Made by a program: the position numbers and the translations under genes | Virus record (IMG/VR): IMGVR_UViG_3300027608_000031 | Span: 1 to 62,242 of that record | Length of the DNA stretch: 62,242 nt | Reading direction: 5' to 3' (one strand) | Source: a virus | Lineage: Duplodnaviria > Caudoviricetes | The notes under the pieces: generated by a model | The model's input: the letters and a program-made list of their open reading frames with translations, nothing else | Told to the model about the DNA's origin: nothing | Databases searched by the model: none | Shown: piece by piece, positions 36,383-45,373 of the stretch | How the letters are laid out: each line of letters begins with the position of its first letter | How positions within the stretch are numbered: position 1 is the stretch's first letter

Positions 36383-38215
36383 TTAACAATCTCCATAACT
36401 ATCTCCATAGCCAGCCTCACAATTTAATGGTATGCCTTTTGCCCATTCGGGTACGTAGCGCATACAGTCCATCACGTATTGCTTGGCTTCTTCAGCTTCT
36501 TCTTTTGGAGCAACACATGCCACGGCATCGTGAACAGTAAGCACGACACAGTATCTCTTTGCAATTCTCAACATCTGTTCGCCAATGATGCAACGTGCCA
36601 AACCCTGACAAACGTTCTCTGTCAACTTGCCACCATACAGTTTTACTATGCCCTTACGGGAGTCATAGACGTACTGCGTCTTGCCTTGGTCGTCCACCAT
36701 TTTTCGCAAGTTTGGATACCGTTGGTACAAACCGTTAGGCATGAGGATACCATCTTTATGTATCTCAATGCAACCGTTGCCCCACTTGGTTGTTTGCCCG
36801 TTTGCTAGAGCCGTAATCGCCGTGGAGCCTGCTTGCCATAGGGCGGGAATATAGGGGTAGGTTTCTCGATAGGTTTTGATAATCCCTGCGGCTTCTCCCT
36901 CAGTAACTGTGACGTCAAACGTCTTGAGTTGCGCTTGGAACTTCGTACCGCCCATGCCATAACCCGCTCCAAGAATTGTGGTTTTACCCACAAACCGTTC
37001 GGGGTTCGCCTTAGTATCCAAGACTTCTTCGATGGGCTTGCGGTAAATCTGCGATGCCATGATTTTGTATACGTCCTCGCCATTCGCAAATGCCTCCATT
37101 AAGTCTGTTTGTCCCGCAAACCAAGCAAGCACACGGGCTTCAATCTGCGATGAGTCGCAGTCAATAATCACATACCCTTCGGGGGCTAGGATTGCGTTCT
37201 TCAATACCCCCGCGTTCTCGCCACGTGAGGGAAAGTTTTGGAAGTTCAGTTTGTCCGACCCACCCCACCGTCCCGTGTGTGCGGCGTAGTATGAGAGGGG
37301 TACAGGTATCAGTCCTCTTGTGGCAATCCCAATCAACCGCTCGGTGCGCGTCTCTTCAAGCGTAGTCTTATTGCCAAGCCGTGCGGCAACCAGTGCTTGC
37401 ACTCGTATATCTTTGTGGTCAGCCATCGCCTTGAACTCTTCGTCGTTCTTAGCCAGTGCAAGCGTCTCCTTGCCCGTAGTTGGACTTATCTTCATAGGCG
37501 GTTCAACACCCAACTTGCGTAGAACTTCTGCAAACTTCTTGTTGGACATTAAATCTTCGATAGAACAACCTGCTGCTGCAAGTGACTTAGCCTTCCTATC
37601 ACGTACTTGTACAAGATGTTTTTCAAGTAGACCCGGATCGAGCCTTAAAACTGGTTCTGTAAACATCCTGATAGTTGTATCAATCAACTTCAACTCCACC
37701 ATCTTGAATGAAGGTAGTAGTGTTCGGAATAAGTCGTATGTAAGTGTTACGTCGTTCTTACAGTAGTCACCATACGCATCAAGTTGTCGCGTTGTGAAGT
37801 CCTCGCGCTTCAAGTCAATAGCCGCCACAACTTCTCTACCCTTGACGCCAAGCCCATAGTGCACAGCCAACTTCTCAAGACTGCCACCCACCTCAGTACC
37901 ATGCACGGCACGCGCCATGCTCAACGTGTCACCGATAGCCATAGGCTTGATGTTGTAGTGCCAACTTAGTATTGCCATATCAAACATGGCATTGTGTGCA
38001 ACCGCCATGCTGTTAGCCCAGTCAAATCGTTTTAGGAACTCGTAGGTCTGCATGTAGTTACCACTGAACCACTCAGGCTTGCCACCATCCATTTGCACCG
38101 ACACACCAATCACATGGAATCGCGGGTCACGCACATACTCTTCAGTGGTCTGCTTCTTGAACCCTAAGTCCCCACTGGTGTAGTACGTCTCAAAATCTAC
38201 GGTCAATACGTTCAT
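36383..38215 (-). CDS. polA: DNA polymerase family A with 3'-5' exonuclease
   Basis: DFET (ExoI), HNAMFD, TGRW, DSSQIEAR (motif A), R..GK...LG.GYG (B), TVHD (C); start MNVLTV. Confidence 0.92.
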   Translation of the reverse strand: MNVLTVDFETYYTSGDLGFKKQTTEEYVRDPRFHVIGVSVQMDGGKPEWFSGNYMQTYEFLKRFDWANSMAVAHNAMFDMAILSWHYNIKPMAIGDTLSMARAVHGTEVGGSLEKLAVHYGLGVKGREVVAAIDLKREDFTTRQLDAYGDYCKNDVTLTYDLFRTLLPSFKMVELKLIDTTIRMFTEPVLRLDPGLLEKHLVQVRDRKAKSLAAAGCSIEDLMSNKKFAEVLRKLGVEPPMKISPTTGKETLALAKNDEEFKAMADHKDIRVQALVAARLGNKTTLEETRTERLIGIATRGLIPVPLSYYAAHTGRWGGSDKLNFQNFPSRGENAGVLKNAILAPEGYVIIDCDSSQIEARVLAWFAGQTDLMEAFANGEDVYKIMASQIYRKPIEEVLDTKANPERFVGKTTILGAGYGMGGTKFQAQLKTFDVTVTEGEAAGIIKTYRETYPYIPALWQAGSTAITALANGQTTKWGNGCIEIHKDGILMPNGLYQRYPNLRKMVDDQGKTQYVYDSRKGIVKLYGGKLTENVCQGLARCIIGEQMLRIAKRYCVVLTVHDAVACVAPKEEAEEAKQYVMDCMRYVPEWAKGIPLNCEAGYGDSYGDC

Positions 38216-38660
38216 GCGTTCTTTTCTTTCTGTTAGTTGGTTCGTAGCAGTCTTCGGGTGCAAAGACTTCTGCAAGTTTAAGTTCGGGGTGCTTCAGTTT
38301 ACGTATTGCCTTCATCTCAATCTGTCGAATACGCTCCCTTGTTACGTCGTACATCTTTGCTATTTCCTCAAGCATAAAATCGTTGTCAAGATTAATACCA
38401 AATCTAAAGCGCAACACTTTGGATTCTCTAGGCGTTAGCACGTCAAGTATTTCTTGTACAAACGCTGAGACTTCTTTCCTGTACAACTCTTCTTCGGGGC
38501 ACACGTATTCTGTGGGCTGTGGTGGGCATGGCAACTCAGGAAACTCGTCGTCATTTTTATACCCGCCGTAGTAGGCTTGGCGCAATTCATAACCAGCATT
38601 TACCATCGTGCCGTAGGGTATGGTGTGCCCCTTGTTTATTTTGCCGTATGGTCTAGCCAT
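38190..38660 (-). CDS. stand-alone sigma70 region 4 protein
   Basis: LTPRESKVLRFRFGI...LEEIAKMYDVTRERIRQIEMKAIRKLKHP closely matches RpoD region 4; no region 2. Confidence 0.85.
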   Translation of the reverse strand: MARPYGKINKGHTIPYGTMVNAGYELRQAYYGGYKNDDEFPELPCPPQPTEYVCPEEELYRKEVSAFVQEILDVLTPRESKVLRFRFGINLDNDFMLEEIAKMYDVTRERIRQIEMKAIRKLKHPELKLAEVFAPEDCYEPTNRKKRTHERIDRRF

Positions 38661-38814
38661 TTTTTTCTTTCAGTTTGGCTTCAATGTACTCACGCAGTTC
38701 GTCAATCTCTTCATGTAACCGCTGTTGAATCATTGAGTTGCTAATCATCCCGTCTTGATGGTCGGGGTGTTCATCACAGCGTTGATAGAAGTCTTTGATG
38801 TCTTCGTATTTCAT
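38653..38814 (-). CDS. small hypothetical protein
   Basis: MKYEDIK...EAKLKEKNG; AGGAG RBS. Confidence 0.7.
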   Translation of the reverse strand: MKYEDIKDFYQRCDEHPDHQDGMISNSMIQQRLHEEIDELREYIEAKLKEKNG

Positions 38815-38972
38815 GTGTTCTTCTCCTTGAGTTTGGCTTCTACTGCTCTTGCTAACGCAACATAGTGTGGCTTCATACCAAACACAGCGTCTTGTATGTC
38901 TTCTATTTCTTCGGCTCGTAATCCAACCCAAGGCTTCTTGTAGTCTTGGATGTCATCGTCTTCTTCAGTCAT
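38811..38972 (-). CDS. small hypothetical protein
   Basis: MTEEDDD..PWVGL...EAKLKEKNT. Confidence 0.7.
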   Translation of the reverse strand: MTEEDDDIQDYKKPWVGLRAEEIEDIQDAVFGMKPHYVALARAVEAKLKEKNT

Positions 38973-39304
38973 GCTTGTCCCCTTGCTCTGATTGCTTTTA
39001 CGTAAGCCAACAACATTTCTGCAACCCAACTCTGTATTGCTGGGTTATCTTTTAGTCCACTTAAGTCTGTTGTTTCTAATAACTTTGCACACGCCTCGCG
39101 CTCTGCTTCTATCGCGGGCTTCAGCATATCTATCGCAGTCTCATGCAACTTCTGTTGTATCTCTAACATCTCTGTTAACTTGACAATCTGTTCTTTGTGT
39201 GGTGGTTCAAAATAAAACCTAACATGATGCCCTTCTTTGTGCGGGTCACTTACTTCAACAAAGTGTTCTGTCCACCTAGCGTCTGTATGTAAAAAGTCAG
39301 TCAT
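38969..39304 (-). CDS. hypothetical protein
   Basis: AEREACAK..AIRARG motif; ATGA coupling. Confidence 0.7.
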   Translation of the reverse strand: MTDFLHTDARWTEHFVEVSDPHKEGHHVRFYFEPPHKEQIVKLTEMLEIQQKLHETAIDMLKPAIEAEREACAKLLETTDLSGLKDNPAIQSWVAEMLLAYVKAIRARGQA

Positions 39305-39477
39305 GTGTTCTTCTCCTTGCTTCTGTCCCACTTCTCTCCAAACAGTTCGTCAGCCATAGCCCACTGCAAGAGCATGGTGTACATAAGTCCTTCCGAACCC
39401 ACGTTGCAAGCCTGCTCTGCCCAGTACAAACTGTTGTGCTTTGCGCCTTCTATGTATTCCTCTCTAGTTTGGTTCAT
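39301..39477 (-). CDS. small hypothetical protein, 58 aa
   Basis: Hand translation MNQTREEYIEG...RSKEKNT*; ATGA coupling at both ends. Confidence 0.65.
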   Translation of the reverse strand: MNQTREEYIEGAKHNSLYWAEQACNVGSEGLMYTMLLQWAMADELFGEKWDRSKEKNT

Positions 39478-39719
39478 TTGTTCTCCTCCGCTTTAGTAAC
39501 TTCGGGGCGTGCTAACCCACCGACACCAACTCTGCTTGCACGTTTTAAATCCTCAACTGCTTTGTGCTGTGCAACGATTTCGGGGTACGCCTCTTGCAAC
39601 CACTTATCACGCTCGAACATAATTTCCCAACGCTTCCACATGGCTTTCATTGTTTCGTTCTGCAAACTGATACGGTCGTCAAGACGTTTTAACTCTTCTC
39701 TTGTTTCGTCTGCGTTCAT
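39474..39719 (-). CDS. hypothetical protein (paralog of the adjacent gene)
   Basis: WLQEAYPEI. Confidence 0.7.
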   Translation of the reverse strand: MNADETREELKRLDDRISLQNETMKAMWKRWEIMFERDKWLQEAYPEIVAQHKAVEDLKRASRVGVGGLARPEVTKAEENK

Positions 39720-39982
39720 TTGATTTCTCCAAAAAACGGTTCAGTGTTTTTGTCTGCCCATGCAGACTGGTCGGCCTTCTCAAGTTCACGTATGGCGTCG
39801 TACTGCTTGATGATGTCGGGGTATGCTTCTGCTATCCAATCCAACTTCCTACCCTCAAATATTTGAAACAACTTCAACTCTTGTATATCGGTTTCTAGTT
39901 TACTTATGTGTTTACGTACGTCAGGGTGTAGGAATGGGTTGGTCTGCCACTCCCCAAGTTCTTGCTCTTTCATCTTGGTCAT
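39716..39982 (-). CDS. hypothetical protein
   Basis: WIAEAYPDI. Confidence 0.7.
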   Translation of the reverse strand: MTKMKEQELGEWQTNPFLHPDVRKHISKLETDIQELKLFQIFEGRKLDWIAEAYPDIIKQYDAIRELEKADQSAWADKNTEPFFGEIK

Positions 39983-40191
39983 GCCTCCCTCACTTTCATC
40001 ATTGCGTCTGCTAGTTGATAGGCTTTTCTTGCCATGTCTTCAAAACTTTTGACGTTCCATGAACTACCCATGAAACCTTGCATAGCTTTAGCCGCAAAGT
40101 AATCACGTAAGGTCATGCCTTCTTGTGCAAACTGTGATGTGCCGCTATATGGTCTTGGAAATGCTGGTATATCTTTCATATCAACCTCCAA
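39979..40191 (-). CDS. conserved phage protein (GMTLRDYFAA family)
   Basis: PAFP..GMTLRDYFAAKAMQG..AY..ADAM. Confidence 0.8.
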   Translation of the reverse strand: MEVDMKDIPAFPRPYSGTSQFAQEGMTLRDYFAAKAMQGFMGSSWNVKSFEDMARKAYQLADAMMKVREA

Positions 40192-40765
40192 AGATTTGCT
40201 TCAGTCGGTCATACAACTCACGCGCTTGTATAACTGATAGTGAGTTAATCACATCATCGGCTCTCCACCGTAATGTTCTGTGCTCAAATTTCTCTGCCAC
40301 CTTCTCAGGTACCAAGTCGCTAATGCCAACCTGTGTAGCCCTCGCTTCGTTCTTTGCTATCTTTGCCGCACGCGCCATAGCCGCACGCGCGACCATACCT
40401 TTACGTTTGTTCTTCTCCGCTCTTCTACGTGCTATGCGTTCTTCATCAGGCACAACGGTGTAGGTATAGGTGTTGCGTATGCCCCTTGATGTTTCATGCG
40501 TGGTGCTTTGTCGGGCTAAGTAGTTCGCATCGGTCAACTGCTTGAGGATTGATGCAATGTTTTTAAAGGTAATGTTGGGGTACTTCTGCGCTACCCTGTC
40601 ACGTAGTGCAGTGCTCTCGATGTGTGGGTTGTCGCGTATGAACCCAACAATTTTTGCTGTAGTTGTTTGTTTCTTTTCCACGGTCTTCTCCTGTATAGGT
40701 TGTTCGTCTTCTTTATCCCACTCTTGTATGACTTTCGCCATTTGTTCTCTTAAAGTTCCCATCAC
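40181..40765 (-). CDS. putative winged-helix DNA-binding protein
   Basis: I..FIRDNP....L...IASIL.QL....L.R...TY.Y. Confidence 0.6.
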   Translation of the reverse strand: MMGTLREQMAKVIQEWDKEDEQPIQEKTVEKKQTTTAKIVGFIRDNPHIESTALRDRVAQKYPNITFKNIASILKQLTDANYLARQSTTHETSRGIRNTYTYTVVPDEERIARRRAEKNKRKGMVARAAMARAAKIAKNEARATQVGISDLVPEKVAEKFEHRTLRWRADDVINSLSVIQARELYDRLKQIFGG

Positions 40766-41061
40766 TCCTCCTGTAAAATTACATCTAATATTTCCTGCAA
40801 CTCGTGCAGGTTCTCTTCATTGACAACGATGGCTATACCCTCCGCGTCTCTGATTTGTTTCAAGTTCTTGTCCTGTAGTGCGGTTGTCTTACCCTTACCT
40901 GCCTTGCACTCAACGGCTATGAAATAACCGCGATAGCAAACCACAATATCAGGTATACCCGCCGCACCATACCCACCCATCACTGGGTAAAAGTAATACA
41001 AGTTCTTGTATAGTTTCAGCATCTTTACGACTGCGTTTTTTACTTTCTTCTCAGGTGTCAT
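40762..41061 (-). CDS. VRR-NUC nuclease (Holliday junction resolvase-like)
   Basis: PE.KV, GIPD, ECKA, T.LQ. Confidence 0.88.
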   Translation of the reverse strand: MTPEKKVKNAVVKMLKLYKNLYYFYPVMGGYGAAGIPDIVVCYRGYFIAVECKAGKGKTTALQDKNLKQIRDAEGIAIVVNEENLHELQEILDVILQEE

Positions 41062-41305
41062 TGATTACCTCCTTTAGTTTCTGCATGTAGTGCCGTGCTT
41101 TACCCGCATCGTCACTGCCTTCTTTCCGTCCCGCACGTAGGGAATATTTAATTACGTTGCCCTTGAGAAATCCAATGAACTCCTCACGGGTAAGCACCGA
41201 CTCCATCACATGCCACGGTTGCACTGGCATATCTTTGTAGTGGTTACCGCTCACCTGTATATCGTCGGCTGTCGTGCCGTTGAAACCTAACTTCTCCTGT
41301 GTCAT
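41051..41305 (-). CDS. DUF3310 protein (T7 gp1.7-like nucleotide kinase family)
   Basis: QV.G.HY, GFLKGNVIKY..R...K...D..KA..Y. Confidence 0.8.
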   Translation of the reverse strand: MTQEKLGFNGTTADDIQVSGNHYKDMPVQPWHVMESVLTREEFIGFLKGNVIKYSLRAGRKEGSDDAGKARHYMQKLKEVINDT

Positions 41306-41526
41306 GTGTTTTTCTCCTTTCTTATGTCAACACATGCTTTACATACGTATTTATGAATACCACTCTGAAAAGACATGATGCATCCTCTTTCGGGTATTGA
41401 TTCTTTTTGACATCGCCAACATAACTTTCCCTGTATGTACATCCAACGTTCAGTTTGTTGTTTTGCTCTTAGTGCGTTCTGTCCTTGACCCATAGGGCTA
41501 AATGTTTGTGCTTGATATTTACTCAT
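41302..41526 (-). CDS. Zn-finger protein
   Basis: CWRC...CKAC; ends KEKNT. Confidence 0.7.
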   Translation of the reverse strand: MSKYQAQTFSPMGQGQNALRAKQQTERWMYIQGKLCWRCQKESIPERGCIMSFQSGIHKYVCKACVDIRKEKNT

Positions 41527-41714
41527 AGCAGTGCTTCTCCATAGTTATTGATTTGCTTTTTAGTATTCTCGATATGTAGTATTTCTAAAACGCTTGGGGT
41601 CGCTCTTTCGAATGGGTTCCAGTCGTTTTTGGTTATTCTCGAGATGAGTTCTTCTCTCTTCGTCGATTGCCTCTTGCGGGACAATGACTTCTTGGGTTGT
41701 AAATCTGTGTTCAT
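41523..41714 (-). CDS. overlapping hypothetical protein
   Basis: AGGAGG RBS inside the NrdR-like gene; stop ATGA-coupled to the next gene. Confidence 0.55.
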   Translation of the reverse strand: MNTDLQPKKSLSRKRQSTKREELISRITKNDWNPFERATPSVLEILHIENTKKQINNYGEALL

Positions 41715-41805
41715 TAGCGCACTCCCTCCTTCTTGTATACCCAAACGTGGGCGAATCTCTTGTTGTCCTTACTGATGACCACGTGTTGCATATAGGGCAT
41801 TTCAT
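41560..41805 (-). CDS. NrdR N-terminal-like Zn ribbon protein
   Basis: MKCPIC....V..TR....RRREC...HRFTTQE; no ATP-cone. Confidence 0.75.
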   Translation of the reverse strand: MKCPICNTWSSVRTTRDSPTFGYTRRRECANEHRFTTQEVIVPQEAIDEERRTHLENNQKRLEPIRKSDPKRFRNTTYREY

Positions 41806-42011
41806 TCTTCATCCTCGTAAATATCTTTACGTGGTGTCATAGGTAAATTACCTAGCGTTCCCGCATCAAGCATCTGCCGCATCACTTGCATGTGTGCCGC
41901 ACTCACCAATAACTTTGTGGGTTCTGATAGGTTGCTTATCGTGGGGAATACCTCTTTCATCTGCGCTATAACGTCTTCTATGGTTAGGTTTTTATTTACT
42001 TCGTTACTCAT
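41802..42011 (-). CDS. hypothetical protein
   Basis: ATGA-coupled ORF. Confidence 0.6.
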   Translation of the reverse strand: MSNEVNKNLTIEDVIAQMKEVFPTISNLSEPTKLLVSAAHMQVMRQMLDAGTLGNLPMTPRKDIYEDEE

Positions 42012-42226
42012 GTCTTCATTCCCCTTACAAATATTGCAAAACTGTTAGTCGTGTCTATGCCAAACGCGGGAGTGAATCCCTCAATCTCCTTGGCAATTTC
42101 TTCTATGATTTCATTGCGGTATATAGATAGTTCACTGTCTAGGTTTGTCATAACTTGTTTTAGTTTGTCTCTACCTAGCCGACTCTCTAACTCTTTAAAC
42201 GCTTCGTCTTCGTAATCGTCATTCAT
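42008..42226 (-). CDS. hypothetical protein
   Basis: ATGA-coupled; RN..IEE.A..IE.F..AFG.DT. Confidence 0.7.
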   Translation of the reverse strand: MNDDYEDEAFKELESRLGRDKLKQVMTNLDSELSIYRNEIIEEIAKEIEGFTPAFGIDTTNSFAIFVRGMKT

Positions 42227-42327
42227 ATATCCTCTCTAGAAATCATCACGATTGCTATGCCCACGGCAACAACTATTATTGCGCCAAGGCACATAAAAAA
42301 TACTATCCATGCGATTGTTTCAAGCAT
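42223..42327 (-). CDS. single-TM peptide, 34 aa
   Basis: MLETIAWIVFFMCLGAIIVVAVGIAIVMISREDI. Confidence 0.55.
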   Translation of the reverse strand: MLETIAWIVFFMCLGAIIVVAVGIAIVMISREDI

Positions 42328-42646
42328 TTGGTTTCTCCAGTTCTTTAAGTTTCTCTTCAAGCCTACGAATACGTTGACGGTTGTACTCCACAATACTCGT
42401 CGCATACTCAAGTGTTTTTTCTGCATCCATCTTCGAGATATAAGCCTCACGTAGTTCAATGTTTATCATCTCTTGCAAGGTGCGTGGGCGCAACATGTCT
42501 TTTAAAAAAGCAATGATGGTTTCGCGTTTAGTCATAGTTTTTTCCTTTCGTGATGGCTCGTGTGGATGCCACCATTTTTTGTTATCGAACGCTTCAGCTA
42601 ACGTACGTGGGAACGTACGTGTAGTCGTGTTTAGTTCTTCATTCAT
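42320..42646 (-). CDS. hypothetical protein
   Basis: TTRTFPRTLAEAF then coiled coil; possible second start MTKRE. Confidence 0.65.
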   Translation of the reverse strand: MNEELNTTTRTFPRTLAEAFDNKKWWHPHEPSRKEKTMTKRETIIAFLKDMLRPRTLQEMINIELREAYISKMDAEKTLEYATSIVEYNRQRIRRLEEKLKELEKPNA

Positions 42647-43073
42647 TGTTAGTCCTCTCTTTGATGTAATACAACTTGTCGTGTATTTTCATGCCCAGTT
42701 CATCTACCTTCTCGTTAGCATCACTGATACGCAACATGGATACGCTCTCCATTATCCATTGCGGTACATCTACTTGTGCTAGGTTTTTCTTTATCCTACC
42801 TTCAGAACTTGGCAGTGTAAAGTCTACGATATTAAACGTCCCGTCCTCATTGATAGAAACCCTTAATACATCTTGCGATAGGTTGTCGGCAACCATGCCG
42901 TGTCCCCCTACCAACATGTTGTACACACTTACTGCGTCATACCAAATACCTGAGAACCGCATGTCTAGGCTAATAGATTGGGACAACGGTGTCGGTGCTT
43001 CGGGGTGGTTAATCATCCGCTCATAGTCTTCCCACTCGACAAACGGCGGTGCGCCGTTCTTAGGAATAATCAT
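42639..43073 (-). CDS. hypothetical protein
   Basis: C-terminal domain shared with 43070..43957. Confidence 0.7.
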   Translation of the reverse strand: MIIPKNGAPPFVEWEDYERMINHPEAPTPLSQSISLDMRFSGIWYDAVSVYNMLVGGHGMVADNLSQDVLRVSINEDGTFNIVDFTLPSSEGRIKKNLAQVDVPQWIMESVSMLRISDANEKVDELGMKIHDKLYYIKERTNNE

Positions 43074-43957
43074 AGGAATATCCAGTATGTTGTGTTATCA
43101 ATCTTCACGCCAACGTCCATGATTGGCTTGCCTTCGCTACCGATTTGTAGGACGGACACCTTGTCCATTATGAACTCGGGCACATCTTGTAGGTTGTACA
43201 CCACCTTGCGCTCTTCGCCCTCGACCTGATACTCAATCTTGTCCTTCTTAGCCCACACAAAACATGACTTGGGTTTGTAATTCAATACAGTTTGTATCTC
43301 AGCATCTTCCTCTTTGAGAACGTGCATGGCGTCTGTGAATGCGGGTGTGACTGGTACATAACCCATGCGCACCATGTTGCGTATTTCATCAATGATGATG
43401 TGGCGTCCCATGTTTGATACACCATACAACTTCTCCTTGGACGGAGCACGTAGGTTTTCTATTGCGCTGTTGAATTCCAAGTCATGCTTGCTCCTCATCT
43501 CCTCGAACAACATGGGCTTCAAGAACTGCACAGCGTTCTTCACAGCATTGGTAAAGTTCTTCGTCTTCTTAACTCTGTACCCCTTGCTGTACGACGCAAA
43601 CTTATCGTTCTGTATGCGCTCTGATGTGACGGTATACATCAACTCACCATGCGCACCACCATCGTTCTCCAACCCAATAATCCCCACTTGAATCTCAGGG
43701 CAGTCCTTGTAGGCGATGCCTAAGTCAGCGAACACACGATAGTCTTTGCCGTTGTAGAAACTCGCATGGGTATCGAACCGAACCACAATGTCAGGACGCT
43801 TGTGCTTCAACTCGTTGTAGAACTTCAATGTGTTATGTGCTACGGGAATCTCATCGTTAATCCAATGAGTATGCCCCTTGGCACGCGCTTCGTTCACTAA
43901 CGAAACGTACCTATCGTATGGCGTCTTGCTACCTACATAGTCTTCTTGCTTAATCAT
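43070..43957 (-). CDS. hypothetical protein
   Basis: 295-aa ORF, coupled overlaps. Confidence 0.8.
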   Translation of the reverse strand: MIKQEDYVGSKTPYDRYVSLVNEARAKGHTHWINDEIPVAHNTLKFYNELKHKRPDIVVRFDTHASFYNGKDYRVFADLGIAYKDCPEIQVGIIGLENDGGAHGELMYTVTSERIQNDKFASYSKGYRVKKTKNFTNAVKNAVQFLKPMLFEEMRSKHDLEFNSAIENLRAPSKEKLYGVSNMGRHIIIDEIRNMVRMGYVPVTPAFTDAMHVLKEEDAEIQTVLNYKPKSCFVWAKKDKIEYQVEGEERKVVYNLQDVPEFIMDKVSVLQIGSEGKPIMDVGVKIDNTTYWIFL

Positions 43958-44153
43958 GGTTAACTCCCTTCATACTGGTTATTCTTGCCTTAGTAATGAC
44001 TGCATCTGCAAGCAAGTCATATAAATCCAAGGCGCTTGCTTCGTCCAACCTACCTCTGTCGGCAACTGCTAACAACTCTTGGACGGTTGTTTCTATATAC
44101 GCTAGGCCGCGTTGACGTTCTTCTAAACTCATCTCTCTTAAATATCTTGGCAT
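43950..44153 (-). CDS. hypothetical protein
   Basis: GGAG RBS, in operon. Confidence 0.6.
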   Translation of the reverse strand: MPRYLREMSLEERQRGLAYIETTVQELLAVADRGRLDEASALDLYDLLADAVITKARITSMKGVNHD

Positions 44154-44156
44154 GTT

Positions 44157-45131
44157 TTACTCCCTGTAGTTGTTATAAAACGGCGTACCTATTGGCACGC
44201 TCTCTCGTCTGAACGGACGCGCTAGTCGATACACCTTCTCGTTGCGTTTGTAGTCAGCACGCAATGTTTCTGCGGTAGGCACATGGTATTTGTAAGTCCA
44301 CTTGTTAGTGTTTGCTTCCCAAGAACTTTGGTAACTCGTGTGTTTGACCAACATTGCTTGTATACCCTCAACCCAACGCTCACCGTATGGCTCACCATCT
44401 TTGCGTGCAAGCCAATTCGACTCACTTAAATACTCTGTGGCTTTCTCTTTCTTTTGCCATGACGTAGCACCCTCAGTAGTTGGGTCAAAGCCAAGCAAGT
44501 CAGCCATTGGTTGAAAGTAATCTAAGAACGCTTTGAAATCTTCTCGTACTATCTTGGCTCTCTCGCGGTTTAGCACTATCTTGGACTCTTGCACCGTGCC
44601 GTGTGTTGGCTCATAGTACCTAACACCATCTCTTTCGTACGGTACGAAAGTCATATCCAACCCGTTGTTGAAGTAATACATAGGCTCTTGCCCATCGGGT
44701 CGTGTGCACTTGAAATACACCTTAGCCCCATACTTTACAAACTTAATACTCTCAGGCAACAACGCTGAAATGGTTAGGTATGTGGAATAACTATACATGT
44801 AGGTCGGAGTAAAGCGTAACGCGCCATGCTCATTCATCATAAGCAGAGGCCGTGCCGTATCGTGATACTTTTTAAACACGTACTCTTTGGTGAGTGGGTC
44901 TTGCTCACTCTCACGGTGGATAGAACGAAACGCCATACCTACCCAACCATCTTTCTCAAACCAAGTCTCGAATGTGCGTCTGCGTACAGTCAATGGTCGG
45001 CAGTCAACGCCCCCTTTCTTTTTGTGCCCTTGTATTGGTTTGGTTGTGTCGTATAAATGCTTGACCGTCTTGTAGTCAACCATGCGAATGTTGTACCCAT
45101 AAAAATGTTTTGCGTTGTATTCGTTGCTCAT
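44157..45131 (-). CDS. hypothetical protein
   Basis: 324-aa ORF; contains one palindrome copy. Confidence 0.8.
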   Translation of the reverse strand: MSNEYNAKHFYGYNIRMVDYKTVKHLYDTTKPIQGHKKKGGVDCRPLTVRRRTFETWFEKDGWVGMAFRSIHRESEQDPLTKEYVFKKYHDTARPLLMMNEHGALRFTPTYMYSYSTYLTISALLPESIKFVKYGAKVYFKCTRPDGQEPMYYFNNGLDMTFVPYERDGVRYYEPTHGTVQESKIVLNRERAKIVREDFKAFLDYFQPMADLLGFDPTTEGATSWQKKEKATEYLSESNWLARKDGEPYGERWVEGIQAMLVKHTSYQSSWEANTNKWTYKYHVPTAETLRADYKRNEKVYRLARPFRRESVPIGTPFYNNYRE

Positions 45132-45346
45132 TTTCCACCTCCATAAAAATATTTAAGTTCAGACTTCAAGTTGTCTATCTCAATTTGTTTTGGGTCGTCA
45201 TAGTCCAAACTTTCAGTCACGATATAGCCACCACTCTTGGCTAACTTTTCAAGTGCGGGTAAGCACGCCATGTAGGTTGCTTCCTCATCAAACTGCGCAA
45301 CCATGTGCGCCCCCGCTTTTGCTTCAAAATAAACTGCTACTGCCAT
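45128..45346 (-). CDS. hypothetical protein
   Basis: GAGG RBS; V.VYFE......VAQFD.E..Y. Confidence 0.7.
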   Translation of the reverse strand: MAVAVYFEAKAGAHMVAQFDEEATYMACLPALEKLAKSGGYIVTESLDYDDPKQIEIDNLKSELKYFYGGGK

Positions 45347-45373
45347 AAAGTCCTCGCTTTCTTGATACCTGTA

